From: Balanoglossus misakiensis
Taxonomy: Eukaryota > Animalia > Hemichordata
Reading direction: 5' to 3'
Assembly: GCA_040954595.2 (NCBI GenBank)
Contig: CM082576.2
Span: 3,260,760-3,324,759 of the forward strand
Length of the DNA: 64,000 bases
Positions 12,889 to 24,772 of the stretch are shown here, piece after piece. The notes under the pieces are model-generated. The model was not told the DNA's origin. It did no database searches and worked only from the letters and a program-made list of their open reading frames with translations. Position numbers and translations under genes: made by a program. Positions within the stretch are counted from its first letter, which is position 1. The number at the start of each line of letters is the position of its first letter.

Positions 12889-15361
12889 ACATTTCTTTAT
12901 TCTGCTGTTTTTATGAGCCTTTCATTGATTACATCGTCATAAGGATACTGACTTACCTTGCACACATGCAAATAGCCATGGCAACAGTATGGACTGGAAG
13001 TGTGGACACTTGATGCTGAAAATGGTTGTAGCAGTTTTCACATTTTTCGAGGGGGGGGGGGGTTGAAGATGAAAATGCGAGTCGGCTGTATGTACACACT
13101 TGCTGATGGTCTCAAGATGCATATTGAGAATCAGGGATGGATATTCTGTAGTGAGAGTCTACCCAGAAGTTTGTTTTTCATTCACTCACTTGCAAAGGAC
13201 CGACCTATAAACTTTTAAGGTTTTCCATGTTGTAGCAATCATGTTTAGTCATCTTAAAGTGGACATTTTTTTTCATGTTATATTAATTTCTGTTGGCGAA
13301 ATAACTTTCATTACTGCGAGTCGTGGAGGTCTTTCATGCTACTGCCAGCAGTTCCTTAACTTTTCCCATTTTTTGTGTGTGAAGTTTTCATTAAAATACC
13401 TGTATTTGTATAAACTACAAGGTTTGCTCTTTGAATACATCCATGCTTCTTTGTGTGCATAATAGTATTTTATTTATATTAATTCAATTCATCCATAGCA
13501 AACATAGAAAATGTGAAATATGGCAAAAACAATTCCTCCCTTTGAGCACAAATGACAACCACCGCCTTGAAGGTTTTTCCTGCAGAAAACACCACCTGTG
13601 GTACATGTACCGGTAGTTTTCAGGATTGGATTTTCGTCTCTGTGTTCATGGTTTCAATCCAGGGTTTCAACATTTTAAGGCACTCTACACATCAGGTATT
13701 CACAAACTTCTAGATTTTGCACATGCAGTTGTGTGATTAGAATTTTCATGTCTGCATCAAATCCTTCAACACTCATTACAGAAATCTTTTACGATTTCAC
13801 TCGCAGTGTTTCAGAAATATTTTATATATATACATATACATACATACATAAAAAATCACACAAACATTTTAATGTAAAGATTGTTACCGAAGTTTATTTT
13901 GAATAATCCTTAAAAAAGACTCAAATGCCACATACAACATTAGAAGTTACCCATACGGCTTCTGGCCAACAACTTTCTTCTGGGCAAAAAAAAAAAAACA
14001 CGTGGCATTATCGCCACCTGAAAATGAGAAAAAAAGACTTTACACAAAAAATTTTAAAAGACAAAATGCACAATGTTGATGGTGGATCCACTGTCCCAAA
14101 ATGATGAAATAGGAGTGAAATGAGCAAAAAAAGATAAAATGTGTGGAAAAATCCCTCCTTGGACTAGACACAAGTATGACAAACACCACAATAGTACAAA
14201 AGGACCAATATAACTGACGGACAATTTACTTCACTATGTACTTTTTTTTTGAAGTGTCACTGATATAATAGTAAGACCGTCTCATACACACGATAAAAAT
14301 ATAGTTGTCTACAATGCACATAATAAACAAGATCATACTCAAAGGCTGGTTTCAAACACCACCCTGGGCCTCAAACTATCCAAAATATACATGCATGTAT
14401 TGCCATAAAGTTTGAAGAAGTCTTTTAGGTCTGTCTCAGTTCTGGCCCTAAAAAGTGGTGTGTATCCATGAATGTTGGGTCTTAAAATCCTGACTACTGT
14501 GATTATAACTGTTATGGAAAAGCCTATGCCTTGGCAAATGGGCGCTTTTCACATCTTTGCGGATGTTTTATAAGTACAGCAACGGTCCGGGGCTTTATCG
14601 TTCAGTCCTCGTCAGATGCACCTGAATAAGAAAGGATCTATTGAGGATATGACGTCCCAAAAATACAGTTCAAGAGAACATGAGGAAACACTTCAACACA
14701 GAGTTTGACGGGAAGGAATGCGAACATTGAGCAACTTCATTACAATTGGTGATTACCATTAAAAGGAAAACTTTATTTACAATTTCCAAACGTATTCCGC
14801 GATCGCATTCCCATTGAGAACTCTATGTTCTGATAGAACATCTGAATTTAGTACATTTTTTAGAATTGCTGAAAAGGAACAAAAAGATACATAGAGGGCA
14901 CATACCAATACACTATTTGCAATCAATAACACTACAAAGACCAACAACTATCCAGATGCTTAAAACAGAAGGTTATTTGGAATGAGAACAGAAAAGCAAC
15001 AATTGTTATAACATTTGACGTAATTGTCATCGATGTTCTCTAGCTCTCTTATCATTATTCATTCACTGTCACTTCAACATATACAAACGTGTACTTGTAA
15101 TCCTGTGTAGTTGATCACTTCCAGAGAGTGTAGTCTGTATCCATAGCAGATTCTTACAAAGGATATGCACTTAACAGTGAGCACAACTCAGTTTTGTCCA
15201 TGATTGCTTGATGCCTAGTCTATGAATTTTCATATTTTATCTCAGCCTTGTTCAAATTTAACGCTACCCGCCACCCCCAAAAAGAATTTAGTATGTACTG
15301 TTCCGTTAAATGCATAGCTCTTCAAAGAATCAACAAATCACTGTGGCAGTCAACTTGGCAG

Positions 15362-18300
15362 TCATTCTCCGTTCTTCAGTGGGCTCTTCGATTTGGATCG
15401 CGAAGACCTAGAGCCAGAACGTGAACGAGAGCGTGACCTCGATTTAGACTTTGGATGCCTGGGAGACTTGGGTGACTTACTACGGCTGCGAGATCTGCTG
15501 CGTGAACGACTGCGTGGTGATCTGCTCCTGGAGCGTGGTGATCTGGATCTGGAATCGGACCTTGATCTGCTTCTTGATGGAGAACGTGGTGATCTGGAAA
15601 ATAAGCATGTTCAAAGGTGTTGTCAAATCCACTCAAGAAGCCAAGCAAAATTTTCACTACGTGTTTATGTAGCACTCTTTCTATATTGGTTAAGATCAGT
15701 GCAATCTTTGTGTTCGACCAAGTTGTTTGATAGAATGCTATGTAAAGATCCCCATATCTTACCTTGATCTGCCGCGTTTCTTTGGCTTGTCCTCAATCAA
15801 GGTGATCTTGCGCCCATTGATTTCTGTACCATCAAGCTTTTCCAAAGCATTTTTCATGTCGCCATATGTTGCAAACTCAACAATTCTGAAAAAAAAAGAA
15901 AGCAGCACATTATTCCACTGCCAAAGTGGTACTCAATCTGGCAGAATCAAGAGAAGCAAAGATATCAATTTTCTTATTGGCTGCAAAACCTTTCATGGGA
16001 TACAGATAGAAATCACTCCCTTACCCTTCATTTTTGTGTTGTTTGTGGGCATCAGCAAATGTGACTTCTCCGGCTTGCCTCATGTAGTCCTTCAGGTCCT
16101 GGAAAGAAGGTCAACATGAACACAAAATTAGACCACACCATTCCAGAGTGTGCATCAACATGAGACATCAGTTACTGCTACTGCTGCACACAAAAAATTA
16201 TCGGGAAATAAAAACTAACCCAAACACATAACACTAGCTACAAACACAAGCTGCAAACAAAACAAAGGAAAAGCTACAACACTTAGTTGTCGATTTCAAA
16301 GATTTATTGGGAGAAAAAAGGACTTGGGTGAAAGAGAATCCTCTTCTTCCAATTACCACTTCTTCATCGCTCATCTGGTGACCACTTCGGCAGGGCAAAG
16401 TCTACATTTCAATCTCCATGGTGACATATCCCTAACAAACTTGCATTTGGGACTCACCAGATATATTTGGCAAAAGCATTGTGTATATCCACAGTGAAGC
16501 AATATAAATTTACATTTTTTATCATAATTTCACTCAATCCTTTTTGGTATAAAATATATCACTGGTTAAAGACTTGTGATGAAGACACGCTGCTTTGCGA
16601 ATATTTTTTTTTTCAAATTCATCATTGAATCAACTTTGTCCACGTTTTGATAACTGAAATGTATGCATATGAAAAACATTTAATGGTGAGCCTAAAGACA
16701 AGTGTGATCAGGAAAAGACACAAATCAGTGATGACTGTGACTTATTTACCTTTTTTTATGACGAAGTGATGTGCTGACACACATCGTTTGCATGAGATTG
16801 GACCAGACCCTGACTGACTGATCAGATCAGACACCTTTGGCATATTCAGTACCATAAACCCAGCCGGGAGATGGGTGGATGTGGCTTGCTACCCGTACAC
16901 TCTCTCATCAGGGGGGCCTCTTTTTTCTAGCAGCCAGCCCTCTCATCTCTCTCTCCCTTTTCTCAGACGACAATGGTTACACAATGCTTTTAATAGCGCT
17001 CTCTTTCTGCAAGCCCTCTATACCAATTTGCCTTTGGAATCGGACCAAGTTGCCAAATGTGATATCTTGATCACCACCTAGCCGCCCTCATGGAAGGAGA
17101 ACACAACTGGCCCCAGAAAAGGCAAGCTGCATGCGGACGAAATATATACATTTTGTCATCAGAGGAGTGGCACCTCTCCCTCTCAACCTGGCTTAGTCTT
17201 CATTCTAAGGACTGGTGGATGGATGGGTGACGAGAAAACTCATGGACGCTCAGCCAACCAGCCTAGTTCTTAACACCCTTTGGCACCTCCTCTGTAGGGG
17301 GAGTGAGTGCACAAGCTCATGGCCAACAAAGAGACAGTCCCTGAGACACAGACCCTGACAGACACCCTCAGGCACCGCTCAAGGAGGCAGCGTTAACTAT
17401 AAAGGAGGATAACAAATTGCATGGTCAGTATACAACAATGAAGAGACCAGTTCAAGTGTACATGTGCCAGGGAAGGATTTATTTCCCCTGTTTTGTATCT
17501 GAAAAGTCGAATACCAAAATGTAAAACTACATTTGTGCGTGGACATTGTGCTGAAAATGTCTTACATGGCTGGCTCTCTCCAGTGTATCACATGCATTCA
17601 ATACATCTGCAATAGAATTGGTCTGAAAAGAAAGTACATTGTCGTCCAGCTTTAAACTCGACTTGTCACAGACTTCTAAACTGATCACCAACTAAGCACT
17701 ACAAACTCAGCAACAATGTCCACCACGTTAGTGTGGTAGTTTCAACAGCTTGAACTGGTCCAACAATTTCATGTACACAATGAATAGCCATTCTCATTTC
17801 CCTCAAAGACTTACCTGCCAACTGCACCGACTTGACAGATTCTCCACTATCAACCTGTTCTCTGTCCTTGTTGGAGGTCCATACCTGGAGCAGTTTAGAA
17901 AGAATGACACGCACAGACTAGAACATTGCTCAAGTTTTTTAATTTTCAACAGTAATGCATTACACATTTTATAGGGTGGGCCATCTGTAGCTTTGGATTG
18001 GGGTCTTTGGCAAACAATGCATCATTTCAAGTTCCTTTGATATGACATGTATTGGTTGGCAGGGCCTGAATAGTGGGAACAATGCTGATAGTAGATAGGA
18101 AATGATCATGTATTCATTCATTCAATGGGCTCAATATCTAAAAATGTTATATAAACTTACTTGTCTATACCACCTCTTCGTCTGTATGGCGGTCGGTCCC
18201 TACTTTCATATCGACCACTGTCACGATAGTCCCTCCTTATTGGACCACGTGCATGTTCAATGATAACCCTGGAAATAACACAAATGGGTACAGGTACATG

Positions 18301-18734
18301 ACATTTTAAGCCCACAATATTCCACAAGGCAAATCTGCTTGCATATAATTTTTGGGGATATTTTAAAAATATTTACACAGAATATTTTCATTGAGCTATT
18401 AATACTATTCACTTACCTTTCTCCACAGAGCTCTTTTCCATTTAATTCATACACAGCATCATCTGCATCACGAGGATCATCAAATTCCTGAAGGACAAAA
18501 TTTTGCAGCTTAATCATTAAGTCTCCTCCACAAAGTCATAGTTTTGCAGGTCTCAATGTAAAGCAAGCAACTACATTTGACTGGAAAAAAACCCTGGAAA
18601 CAGATACCTACCACAAAGCCAAATCCATTCTTCAAATTAACTTCCCTCAATCGACCAAAACCACGGAAGAACCTCTCTACATCCTTTTCACGTGCCTGAT
18701 AACTGAGTCTGCCAACATATATTCTCGTACCCAT
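15362..18734 (-). CDS. SRSF4: SR splicing factor, SRSF4/5/6 (B52/SRp55) family: RRM + pseudo-RRM (SWQDLKD) + RS domain, 266 aa
   Basis: Exons 18734-18612, 18487-18417, 18268-18161, 17884-17815 (..LSSRCSWQ), 16098-16025 ([18 protein letters not shown]), 15885-15763, 15593-15362 (RS repeats, TGA). Total 801 nt. A non-coding first exon ends at 19477. Likely a co-ortholog of vertebrate SRSF4/5/6. Confidence 0.94.
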
Positions 18735-19476
18735 GCTGTTAAGGGAGCAAAAAACAAAGGTCTTATCAGTTTAAAACCCCTACTCTTTGCTGTCACAGTA
18801 GTGGCATGTGTGGGCAACCCATTGAGACTACACAAAGATGAAATGGTTACTTTTGTGAGACCAGACAATACTATTGTTCCTAACAAAATGGAGGTCACAG
18901 ACCAACGCGCTGGCTTTGCATGGCTCATAAAACCAATCAAAAAGTCTCATACTGGCATGTCATGTCGTATCGTCACGGGTAAACGTGTGGACAAAAACAC
19001 ATAAAGAGTGCGAGGAAAATAGAAACACGTTTCTCTAGAAAATCTAGCGTTTGGGCCACATGAAACGTTTGCGAGTTCAAATATTCATGTGTGTAGCCGC
19101 AGTTTGCTTGTCGAGTCATTTTCACTTCAGTCTTCACACTTCAAGATTATACCCAATATCCTGAGTATGGTATATTTTAGCGAATAACATGGCAGGAACG
19201 AAGGATATTATGGCGAGGATACACATTAAACGAATAAAAACTGGACAATGATCAAACCACGCTTTATACACACGCCAAACATTGTCTAAAATGGTTTTCT
19301 GGAAAATAAAGTGGAGCGCGCGCACAGAGCGCGATGGTGCAACATATATAATGCACTGTTCAAGTCCACTTGCAAGTCTTTACAGCGAAAAAAACTGTTG
19401 GCACTAATGCATATTCACTGTTACATCGCAAAAATTGTTCATTTCAGTCGAATCAGCGTTTTTTGGCAATACTTAC

Positions 19477-19615
19477 ATTGTACTTGGGTTGTTTGTAGAC
19501 GTTCACGCGTGCACTTTTACAACTAATATGGCGCTCCCGAACTTTTAGGGTTTCCTACCATAAAAATCAGGGGCTGTGTAGTGTACAGTTTTTCTTGACT
19601 GAGGGCGCTGTAGTT
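19477..19615 (-). promoter_or_regulatory. SRSF promoter / non-coding first exon
   Basis: Donor AAT|GTAAGT at 19477/19476. YY1 motif CGCCATATT on minus at ~19524-19532. CpG-rich stretch at ~18,900-19,550. Confidence 0.65.
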
Positions 19616-20527
19616 TGTCCTTTGGCAATCTTTTGTATGTGATTTGTCATGTTGATTAGCAACAGATTTAGAGCACAGGACAAATCAGATGGTTATTTTC
19701 AAAATGTACAATGATATTTCTTTTTTTATTTTAAATTCTAAACATTCAGCATAGTTATTTACTGTGATGGTTAAAACATGGGCAGGCAGGGGAATGTAAA
19801 GCACAATGAAGCAGGATAATATATAGACATTACACTGGAAACCTGTTAAGTTTCAGCCTAAGCTTTATTAACAGAGAACTGATGACAGAAAGCCACTGGA
19901 AAATATTCAATCGGTAGCTTTGCTGGCATTCAATTTAGTCAACTCTCATTGTACTGTATTCAATGTAAAGTAACAAGATGCAGGCATATTATGTAAAATG
20001 TCTAAAGACTTACTAACAGATACTAATATAGCACAAATCAACTATGAATAATTCAAATGTCAGATAAAAGCTAAAATTCAGAGTCCACTTTCAATATTTA
20101 AATTCTTATATTTATCACTTTCTTGAGGTATAGATTAAACATTTTAAAAAGCTATAAAATCGGTCCAAGTATGACTGATCACTTCTGCAACTGTCTTCGC
20201 CTCCGGAATAACTTTTGCACAACCTACACAAATAAACAAGCAGAACACAAATATTAAGTGTTTGTGCTAGAACTGAAAAGAAATTACATTTTCAAATACA
20301 TTGTATGCTACATTTTTCTCACATCTTCCCCATTGTACCCACTGGCCACATTTTTAAATTGCATTGAGCTTACATGGTTCTCTATTGTCTTTATTGTTAT
20401 ACAAGAATATGGCTTCACCCTTTCATCACCATGGTTTGATCCAAGCATCCACCCCCCGTGGTGTCTATGGCAACAACAGACCTCTGCTTCTAATTGGTCG
20501 ATCCAGCCACACTATGACTGACTCACC

Positions 20528-23500
20528 TCAGGCTTGACTTTCATTAGCTTCGATGATCTGCTTTATGTCAGAGACATCAGCATTGTTGTCATCATCAAGG
20601 GGGATGTTGAACGTGGACTCAATCTCCACCGGGTTGCTAAAGCCTCTCAGCGTGCCATCATCTTCCTCATTAAACATGTCTGGCGAGTACATGGGGTTGT
20701 ACTTGGTGTCGCTGTCCGGAGACTAAACAACAAAATCACATTTGTGAGATTAAAGCCAAATAAATGTCAAAATTTGAATATTAATTTTAAAATATAACTG
20801 TAATCGTGAGATTTTCCCCCATAGCCTACCTGAGTGATTGGTGCTATATCATACATTGGATTGTCAAATGCTGAGAGTGAACCTATTGGTTCAATGGCAC
20901 TGTTGGAGTACTCAGATATACCCAGCTCCATCTCAAGCGGCATTGGTTTCTCCTGTCTGGAACACCAGCTGTAATAGAACATTGACATACTTAAAACCTC
21001 ATGAAGGACCGCGTACAGATATACGTTGGAAATTTGACTTTTTTATACTACGCTATTTCATCGCAAAGTTATGAATACAAAACTCACCCCTTTCTGTACA
21101 GCAATGCTGCCACAGTACACAGTGCTAGCACAATGATAATTGAAATGATGATACCAGCAACCATCCCACCACTGACTCCAGCACCGCCTGTGCAAGAAAA
21201 AATCCCACATCATAGTGATCTTCTCTGCTACATTCCACTAATGGCATGAATTGAATAATAACATGACTCATGCAAACATCACACCGATGAGAGAATTTGT
21301 AATGTATTTTGAGCAGAACAGGAGAATTTTCATGGAAAAATCTTAAGCAAATTTGAGTCAGAATTTCCATGACCAAATTCCACAAATTCTACTTTTTACT
21401 GGATATGCGACCACTCTCTGTAACAAACATCATTTGAATAAGAAGCCACTTTGAAGGACTTACCTCCGTGTAGCTTCCCTGTCCCTTTGCCCGATGTTGA
21501 TATAGTCACATTCCGAACACCATAATACTGTGTATCTGTTAAAGGAAAAAAATTAGAATGTCCAGATTTTTACAGTGTAAATTTTTCCGTCACTAGAGTG
21601 CTTTCACGGGAAGCATACAGTGATACACTTACTGCTGAGGAGGTAGGTGTAAATTTCTTTTGCCAAGGAGACAGCTTTCCCACCATCGGAGTAATCAATA
21701 CACACCACTTGAATTTTATCTTCAATTGTTTTGGAAATAGACGTCTTTACATCACTATATTTATCCTGAGAATGAAAAATATACATATTGTTCCTTTTTT
21801 TTCAATGCTAAAAATTGACTTTTGTATGGCAAATTCAATTGTGATCACTTAGTTTTGCTTTAGCAAGTCTGACAAAATCGGCCTATTAAAATCCAAGTGA
21901 TCAGCTCAGAATGTAGCAATATGTAGCAAACCATCTTGCAATTTATCAAAACACTACAAGAACTGCTACATACACTTTGCTACACTGTCAGCTAGTCACT
22001 ATACTTTGCTACACTGTCAGCTAATCACTATACTTTGCTACACTGTCAGCTAGTCACTATACTTTGCTACACTGTCAGCTAATCACTATACTTTGCTACA
22101 CTGTCAGCTAATCACTTTACTTATCAGGAGATGGAGAGAGGGGAAAGTAGAGGGAGGGAAAGAGAGGGGTTGGAAATTTCTGCATGGCTTCCAGTAAAAG
22201 GAATAAGCAAGCAGAGGTAGATGACAAGCAAATTTCTCTTTTCAACGCTGCAAGCAGTAAAATGTGAATACAAGAAAATGACTTGCCTTGTTTGCAAACT
22301 TCTCCCTGATCATCTTCTTGAATCTGTCCATAGTGAATGTATCTTTGTTGTACTTCATGTCCACGATGGCACCTACACAAAATGATGTCAATACCATGTT
22401 TTACCAAAAGTTTGAAGTAACTTTGAAAGAATCTCTTGTGAATGGCAGTTATATTACGTTTCACATTCACATATACTCACCACACTTGTTGCAACATCCA
22501 CCAACTGGAATCACAGGGTCTTTACACATCACATTATAGCAGGTGAAACTTTGGCAAATCTTCTCTTTCATCTACAACACAAAAAAACTTTTAAGGACAA
22601 TTCACACAACTACCAGATGACTCATGGAACAAATTATGACTTTCCTTGACAGCTACAATGGCAACTGGGATCCAAATGGCTTTCTTAACAGCCTACCTCT
22701 GGGACATCATTGCCACACGCACAGCCAGTGGCATCAGTACATAATCTCCTCTGGACTTTAACGTTGGGTATCTCTGTTGTGTCACCAGTTGTGAACTGAT
22801 CGCGGCCGCCTGTACTTTGCAGAAATGTCTCCAGTGATTCTGTTGTATATTCCTGCATGGTGACGGTTGAAGATGGGATATGATAAAAGAAGTTGTTTTA
22901 AAACATTTTTTTTCCAAGAAAAAGAAATTAGCAAGGTGATGAGGTGGCTTTCCATCTGACCATAAGAGACTGCAGCTATCTTAGGATCAAAATATGAGAG
23001 AATAGAATTTTTAACAATTATGATGTTGATCTTTGAAATGTCAACTGCAACAAATGAATAACATAATGACTCACACTTCCGTCGATGATCATAGCACTCA
23101 CTGATACACCACTATCGATCCTGACATGGAATTCATTCCCTCTCGGAAAGACAACATCATCGAACACACAAGGAACAGCTTCTGTCTCAGGAATGACAGT
23201 CTCATAGGGAGAACCCCAGTGGCGGGGATTAAACCAACTCTTGGCACTGCCACCAATGAACTCCACATCTGAATGTAAAACAAAATAAAGAAATAAACTC
23301 TGTTCACATAAATGCTGACTTTGATAATTTACTTGTTTTTAGCTATTCACACCCCTTTTGCAAATCACACTTGTCACTTTCCACTGACTTGGTAGGATCT
23401 CTATCAGAAAGGCTTAACCCTTTCACCCCCGGTTCTCTCTTTAGAGGTTCACTGTTACCATAAAAAACAATGGATTTAGACCAAACTATGGTGATGGAAG

Positions 23501-24772
23501 GGTTAAGCATTTAAAGTGTTCACTATTTCCTACCTTCCCCTCTGCATGATGGGTCTGAGATTTCATCCGTAAAACTTAACACCATGTCACTTGCCAGGAC
23601 AATGACCCCATCTGTGGGCAAGACCATTTCCCTCAGAGTGGAGTTTGACTGTAGATAGACTGACACAGTTTCGTCCTGCCAGGCGTAGGAGAAAAGGCAT
23701 TAATATCCATAAAAAAGAAGTGGACATGCAACCTATAAATGCTTTTGGACTTCTCAATTGTCACTTCTTCTTTCCAACTGGACCGCAAATGTATAGTAAT
23801 TTTATGCGTTCACCATGACGCGTACAAATGACTTAAAATACCGATAAATAGAAAGAAATGCCCATGCACGTACCGATCTCCCTAACACAACGTTGTCCAT
23901 GGGACAAGGTAGTCTGCTGACGTTCCAGTTAATTGGATTATCATAGTTGGAGTTTGGCAACCACCGCTTTGTGATGGCCGAACATTGGCCTGAAAGGAAT
24001 CAAGAACATTAACATTGCGCGTCTCTCTCTCTCATCCAACAACCCTCATCTTTCTTCATAATTGACATCTTTCAACTTTCTCCCAATTGCCATCTGCAAA
24101 GATGGTCTAATTGCGCAAAAAAAATACGGTTGGTATATACTGTTTTGGGGGAAGAAAAACATTTTGGAAAGTGCGTTGGAAGAATGAAATGCGACCCGGG
24201 CAAAAAACTTTTTTTTTCGAGTTGTCAGTTTCTGAAAGTTATAAAGTCGCTCCTAACCGCAAATGTAAAGTTTCGTGACCTCAACAACCACACAGCCGGG
24301 ATATCACTTATCATTTCCAAACGTTCGTGGAATCTGTAAACTACAACGGGCCCCAAGCGGTGCCGATGTAATATGATCCAATAAACGCCCCTTCTCGAGT
24401 ACATTGTACTGGCATATAGACATACCAGATACTGTCGATTTCTTTCTGAAAACTTGGTAGCTTTTTTTGGTCTTCGCCTATGTTGCCTTCACCGTTGTAG
24501 AGAAATCAAGGAAGCGCGCAAATAAAACTCACGGTCTTGTCGCGTGACGGTCACTATAAAGTTTATATTGTGCATGAATCATCAAGGACTCTCGGTGCCG
24601 ATGGAGGATAGAATATATGGCAACTATACATATCCGATCGGAAATACTTGACCCATGATTGGTGGCAAAAAGAAGAAAATTCTGTAGTATTAAAATACGT
24701 CAACGAAAATCGTTTGTCGTAAGAACACTCACCGAATAATAGCAAGAAAGTGAAAATTTTTCCAAGTGCCAT
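20528..24772 (-). CDS. AMN: Protein amnionless (cubilin co-receptor), 487 aa, 12 coding exons
   Basis: Exons 24772-24733 (signal peptide), 23989-23874 (KRWLPNSNYDNPINWN..LPC), 23675-23534, 23268-23075 (WFNPRHW...VPCVFDDVVFP), 22852-22697 (CTDATGCACGN), 22571-22481 (Cys-rich), 22372-22287 (GC donor), 21765-21633, 21535-21464, 21187-21088 (TM helix), 20968-20830 (FDNPMY), 20722-20528. Total 1464 nt in frame. Confidence 0.92.
21971..22115. repeat. 29-bp minisatellite, 5 copies, in AMN intron 7
   Basis: Unit TATACTTTGCTACACTGTCAGCTA(G/A)TCAC repeated head-to-tail with no spacers. Confidence 0.95.
23414..23506. mobile_element. piggyBac-type MITE (TTAA target-site duplication, CCC termini) in AMN intron 3
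   Basis: Begins TTAA-CCCTTTCACC and ends GGTGATGGAAGGG-TTAA; about 85-bp non-coding interior. Confidence 0.6.

Noticed and set aside
15393-15767. 124-aa plus-strand ORF rich in RD/LE
   Set aside because: It is the antisense shadow of the SR protein RS exon.
20528-20530. AMN TGA as selenocysteine
   Set aside because: No SECIS was recognised, AMN is not a known selenoprotein, and the protein length is already normal.
21971-22115. 29-bp repeat array resembling CRISPR
   Set aside because: There are no spacers or cas genes, and it lies in a eukaryotic intron.
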